A DNA stretch of 64,000 nt, taken from a candidate division WS6 bacterium OLB20. Lineage in GTDB: Bacteria > Patescibacteriota > Dojkabacteria > B142 > OLB20. The DNA is taken from contig JYNZ01000003.1 of NCBI GenBank assembly GCA_001567355.1, positions 605,793 through 669,792 of the forward strand. The letters run 5' to 3'. Shown here in pieces: positions 61,701 through 64,000 of the stretch. The translations under genes were made by a program, and so were the position numbers. The stretch's first letter is position 1. Each line of letters begins with the position of its first letter. Below the pieces are notes generated by a model. That model made no database searches and had not been told where the DNA came from. It worked only from the letters and a program-made list of their open reading frames with translations.

Positions 61701-62346
61701 TGCTAAAGAGCAGGGTGTTGATTACGAGCCGAAGGTTACTCTTTACGACGGACGCACTGGAATGCCGTTTGACCAGAAGGTTCTGGTTGGACCGCGTTAC
61801 TACCTGAAGCTGAACCATCTTGCATCAGATAAACTGCATGCACGTTCAACCGGCAGCTACACAATGGTTACACAGCAGCCGCTTGGAGGTAAGGCCCAGT
61901 TTGGAGGACAGCGCTTTGGAGAAATGGAAGTGTGGGCACTTGAAGCACACGGAGCTGTTCACAACCTGCAGGAAATGCTGACAATCAAGTCTGACGATGT
62001 TGTCGGCCGTGCATCTGCATATAAATCGATTATCCAGGGTATCCCGTTTGAGGCACCCAACATTCCTGAATCGTTCAAGGTATTTATCTCTGAAATGCGC
62101 GCTCTGGGCATGAGTCTGGAGCTTATCGGCAAGGATGCCGATGACAAGGATGACGCCGAACTTGTTGAAGGCGTTGTCGAGGACATGGAAGAGAACGCTC
62201 CTGTTGAAACAGAAGCAGAACTGAGCGGTGAAGAGGAAGTCGAAATCAAGGACTCACCCGACGAGAGCAATGAGGCTACCGACGAGGAGGACCTTGAAGC
62301 TGTTGAAGAGGCCACAGAAGAGGAAGAGCCTAAAACAGCAGCCTGA
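58795..62346 (+). CDS. rpoB: DNA-directed RNA polymerase subunit beta
   Basis: 1183 aa with canonical beta-subunit blocks throughout and an acidic C-terminal tail (EEDLEAVEEATEEEEPKTAA). Confidence 0.97.
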   Translation: MKNQSHNRLNLAAEELATLSPNLIEAHMASFNELMEEGITEIFDEVNPITDYTGESWELRFEDLEWGEDNMDMMTALKLGLSFDRPLYVNTKLINKKTGEIKKQKLFVSDVPMMSHLGTFAINGHERVVVMQIVRAEGVLFFESKQTGAKSPLYAVKLMPLRGRWFDFEVNKHGVMSVKLVDKRPRILLTTLLRALGYSSDSDIRRAIGKIDIKDVDFLENTLKKDITTNTDEALLEIYRKLRPEDSVNIENAKEFLESIFFNKRRFYLGKIGRYQLNTKLGIKKKITSEDYVLHKEDLVHIVRAVIELNTGLKEVDDIDTLANRRIRGVGELIGERIRMGVLRMEKNIRDRMSTYGPEDLVTPSLLVNTKPVIAAINQFFGSSPVSRYMDQENILSELETKRRITAGGPRGLTKERATFSVRDVHSSHYSKLCPVATPEGPSIGIVSHMAIYARINEYGFLEAPYYRILSNVDLNDEKLNQELLIGAVMRADAKDADGKVIVKKGAKLSKADLSKLEKAGVTQFKVDPQVTDDVVYLNADEERRFRIGPASIHSEGEIAFEKNDKVFVRVQGGYRKVPVSELDFVDINPGQIAGLGLSLVPFGFNDDPTRTLMASNMQRQAVPLLKPRSPIVGTGFEEVVAKASGRTIYAEQDGTVLESDAGAVTVQYKDKSKQRFDLVRFHKTNQNTSFSQTLRVVKGQNFKAGEILIDGPSTEMGELALGVNLTAAYMVYEGYNYEDAIIISERLVKDDVLTSVHVKEYVQDIRETKLGNEQITRDIPNVGEFALRNLDEEGIVRVGAAVESQDILVGIIAPKGETELTAEEKLLRAIFGEYARDVRDNSLRMPHGDKGIVIAVQVLDKSKGDKLNPGVLKQVKVWVARTSKISVGDKLTGIHGDKGVISKILPEEEMPYMEDGTPIDIILSPMFVKRMNLGQIREMETAAFAKKLGIKVTVPPFAKLDMEKLTKLAKEQGVDYEPKVTLYDGRTGMPFDQKVLVGPRYYLKLNHLASDKLHARSTGSYTMVTQQPLGGKAQFGGQRFGEMEVWALEAHGAVHNLQEMLTIKSDDVVGRASAYKSIIQGIPFEAPNIPESFKVFISEMRALGMSLELIGKDADDKDDAELVEGVVEDMEENAPVETEAELSGEEEVEIKDSPDESNEATDEEDLEAVEEATEEEEPKTAA

Positions 62347-62392
62347 GATTTTATTTAACCTTGAAGCTCACTTTACATAAGCTTGCAATACA

Positions 62393-64000
62393 ATGATCAG
62401 AGACTTTAAAGCCCTCCAGATTGCAGTAGCTTCACCACAGCAGGTCCTTAGCTGGTCGTTTGGTGAGGTAAAGAAGGCCGAGACGATCAACTACCGCACA
62501 CACCGTGCAGAAGTTGACGGTCTTATGGACGAGAAGATTTTTGGCCCGACCAAAAACTTCGAGTGCTACTGCGGCAAATACAAAAAGATCCGGTACAAAG
62601 GCATCGTGTGTGATAAATGCGGTGTTGAAGTTACTCACAAGCGCGTTCGCCGCGAACGGCTTGGACATATCAAACTGGCTTCGCCGGTGACACATGTATG
62701 GTTCTCATACGGTGTTCCCAACAAGCTGTCCCTGATTCTGGGCATCCCCCAGAAAAAACTGGAGACAGTAATCTACTTTGCGCGCTACCTGGTAACTGAC
62801 GTTGACCAGGACCGCAAAAAAGAGGTCGTTGCAAGCATCAAGGAAGGCAAGGATAGTGAGCTCAAGGACATCAAGGACGAACTCAAGGTCAAGCTGGACG
62901 AGGTCAAGGACGAGTTCAAGACCAAAGCAGCAGAAGCCCGCAAGGACAGCAAGGACAAGAAAAAGCTGGACTTCAAGCTTGAAAAACTGACCAATGACGA
63001 GAAGAAACAGGTGGCCAAGATCAAATCGATCTACGCTAAAAAAGAGGAGGCAACCAAGACCAAGTACAACCAGATCCTGACACTTGTCGAGAACATGGAG
63101 ATGGGTTCAACAGTTTCTGAGGATGATTACTCTACACTGCTGGACTACGATACCGACTTCTTTAAAGCAGGAATGGGTGCAGAAGCTGTTAAAAAGGTAC
63201 TCGCAACCATCGATCCTGAAGTTGAACTGAAGAAACTGCAGGACGAACGCGAAAAGACCCGCTCAGTCCTGAAGCTGCGCAAGATCGTACAGAGACTGCG
63301 CATGTTTGAAGGTATGATCAAGTCAGGGATTGACCCGACATGGCTGGTACTAGACGTGCTTCCGGTTATCCCGCCAGACCTGCGCCCGATCATTCAGCTG
63401 CCGGGAGGACGCTTTGCGACTTCTGACCTGAACGATCTGTACCGCAGAGTCATCAACAGAAACAACCGCCTTAAAAGGCTTATCGACCTTGGCGCTCCCG
63501 AAATCATTCTCAGAAACGAAAAGAGAATGCTGCAGGAAGCAGTAGACGCGCTGATTGACAATGACCACAGGCCCGGTAACGCTGTGCAGAACACACGCGG
63601 CCAGCCATACAAGTCACTGTCAGACATGCTGCGCGGAAAACAGGGTCGCTTCCGTCAGAACCTGCTTGGAAAACGCGTTGACTATTCAGGACGTTCTGTC
63701 ATTGTTGCCGGACCCGAACTGTCAATCGAGCAGTGCGGACTTCCAAAGACTATGGCACTTGAGCTGTTCAAGCCGTTTGTCATGCGCGAGATCATTCTGC
63801 AGGGACTTGCACCAAATGTAAAAAGCGCCAAACACTTCTTTGAGTCACGCTCATCAGAGGTGTGGGACATTCTGGAAGAAGTGATCAAGGACAGACCTGT
63901 TCTGCTTAACCGTGCACCGACGCTGCACAAGCAGGGTATTCAGGCATTCTTCCCGGTACTTGTTGAAGGTGACGCGATCAAGCTGCACCCGATGGTATGT
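62393..64000 (+). CDS. rpoC: DNA-directed RNA polymerase subunit beta' (5' 1.6 kb; continues past the window end)
   Basis: Manual translation from ATG 62393 is uninterrupted to 64000. It shows the Zn finger CYCGKY...[15 protein letters not shown] and KLHPMVC. An inserted Lys/Glu/Asp-rich segment of about 85 aa sits at roughly 62800..63065. Confidence 0.95.
   Translation, partial: MIRDFKALQIAVASPQQVLSWSFGEVKKAETINYRTHRAEVDGLMDEKIFGPTKNFECYCGKYKKIRYKGIVCDKCGVEVTHKRVRRERLGHIKLASPVTHVWFSYGVPNKLSLILGIPQKKLETVIYFARYLVTDVDQDRKKEVVASIKEGKDSELKDIKDELKVKLDEVKDEFKTKAAEARKDSKDKKKLDFKLEKLTNDEKKQVAKIKSIYAKKEEATKTKYNQILTLVENMEMGSTVSEDDYSTLLDYDTDFFKAGMGAEAVKKVLATIDPEVELKKLQDEREKTRSVLKLRKIVQRLRMFEGMIKSGIDPTWLVLDVLPVIPPDLRPIIQLPGGRFATSDLNDLYRRVINRNNRLKRLIDLGAPEIILRNEKRMLQEAVDALIDNDHRPGNAVQNTRGQPYKSLSDMLRGKQGRFRQNLLGKRVDYSGRSVIVAGPELSIEQCGLPKTMALELFKPFVMREIILQGLAPNVKSAKHFFESRSSEVWDILEEVIKDRPVLLNRAPTLHKQGIQAFFPVLVEGDAIKLHPMVC

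Overview
This 64-kb chromosomal window (about 50% GC) covers the replication-origin region of a bacterium: dnaA, an AT-rich intergenic oriC and dnaN. Gene content (FemAB-family enzymes, one LPxTG-like motif, small transporters, two very large surface proteins, many glycosyltransferases, no outer-membrane genes) suggests a monoderm, possibly Patescibacteria/Saccharibacteria-like organism. This taxonomic placement is an inference only. Recognisable housekeeping genes are pcrA/uvrD, rarA, lexA, sodA, yidD, rpoB, the 5' part of rpoC, tRNA-Ser(CGA) and a tRNA-Arg with an unusual GCG anticodon. The rest is dominated by cell-envelope functions. Downstream of dnaN lies a translationally coupled operon of a GT-C transferase, two FemAB paralogs and a DegT aminotransferase. 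A second glycan locus (GT2 ArnC-like, GT4, pyruvyl transferase, two large membrane proteins, a 1294-aa membrane-anchored protein) lies at 44.2-55.7 kb. Also present are a GT2, an O-antigen-ligase/TPR protein, two MFS and two EamA transporters, an ABC-2 exporter, a YhhQ queuosine-precursor transporter, a membrane-anchored sulfatase-LamG protein, and giant secreted proteins (1370 aa and 975 aa). No CRISPR arrays, integrases, transposases or phage modules were seen. At least ten genes are split by single-base indels, mostly in homopolymer runs (pcrA, femAB-1, degT, lexA, rodZ-like, ABC ATPase, GT4, rarA, two membrane proteins). This is most likely sequencing or assembly error, so the ORF track under-reports intact genes. 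The most interesting candidates are the dnaN-linked GT-C/FemAB/DegT/FemAB operon, which may aminoacylate an amino sugar, and the 44-56 kb envelope glycan locus with its giant Rossmann-like membrane protein.
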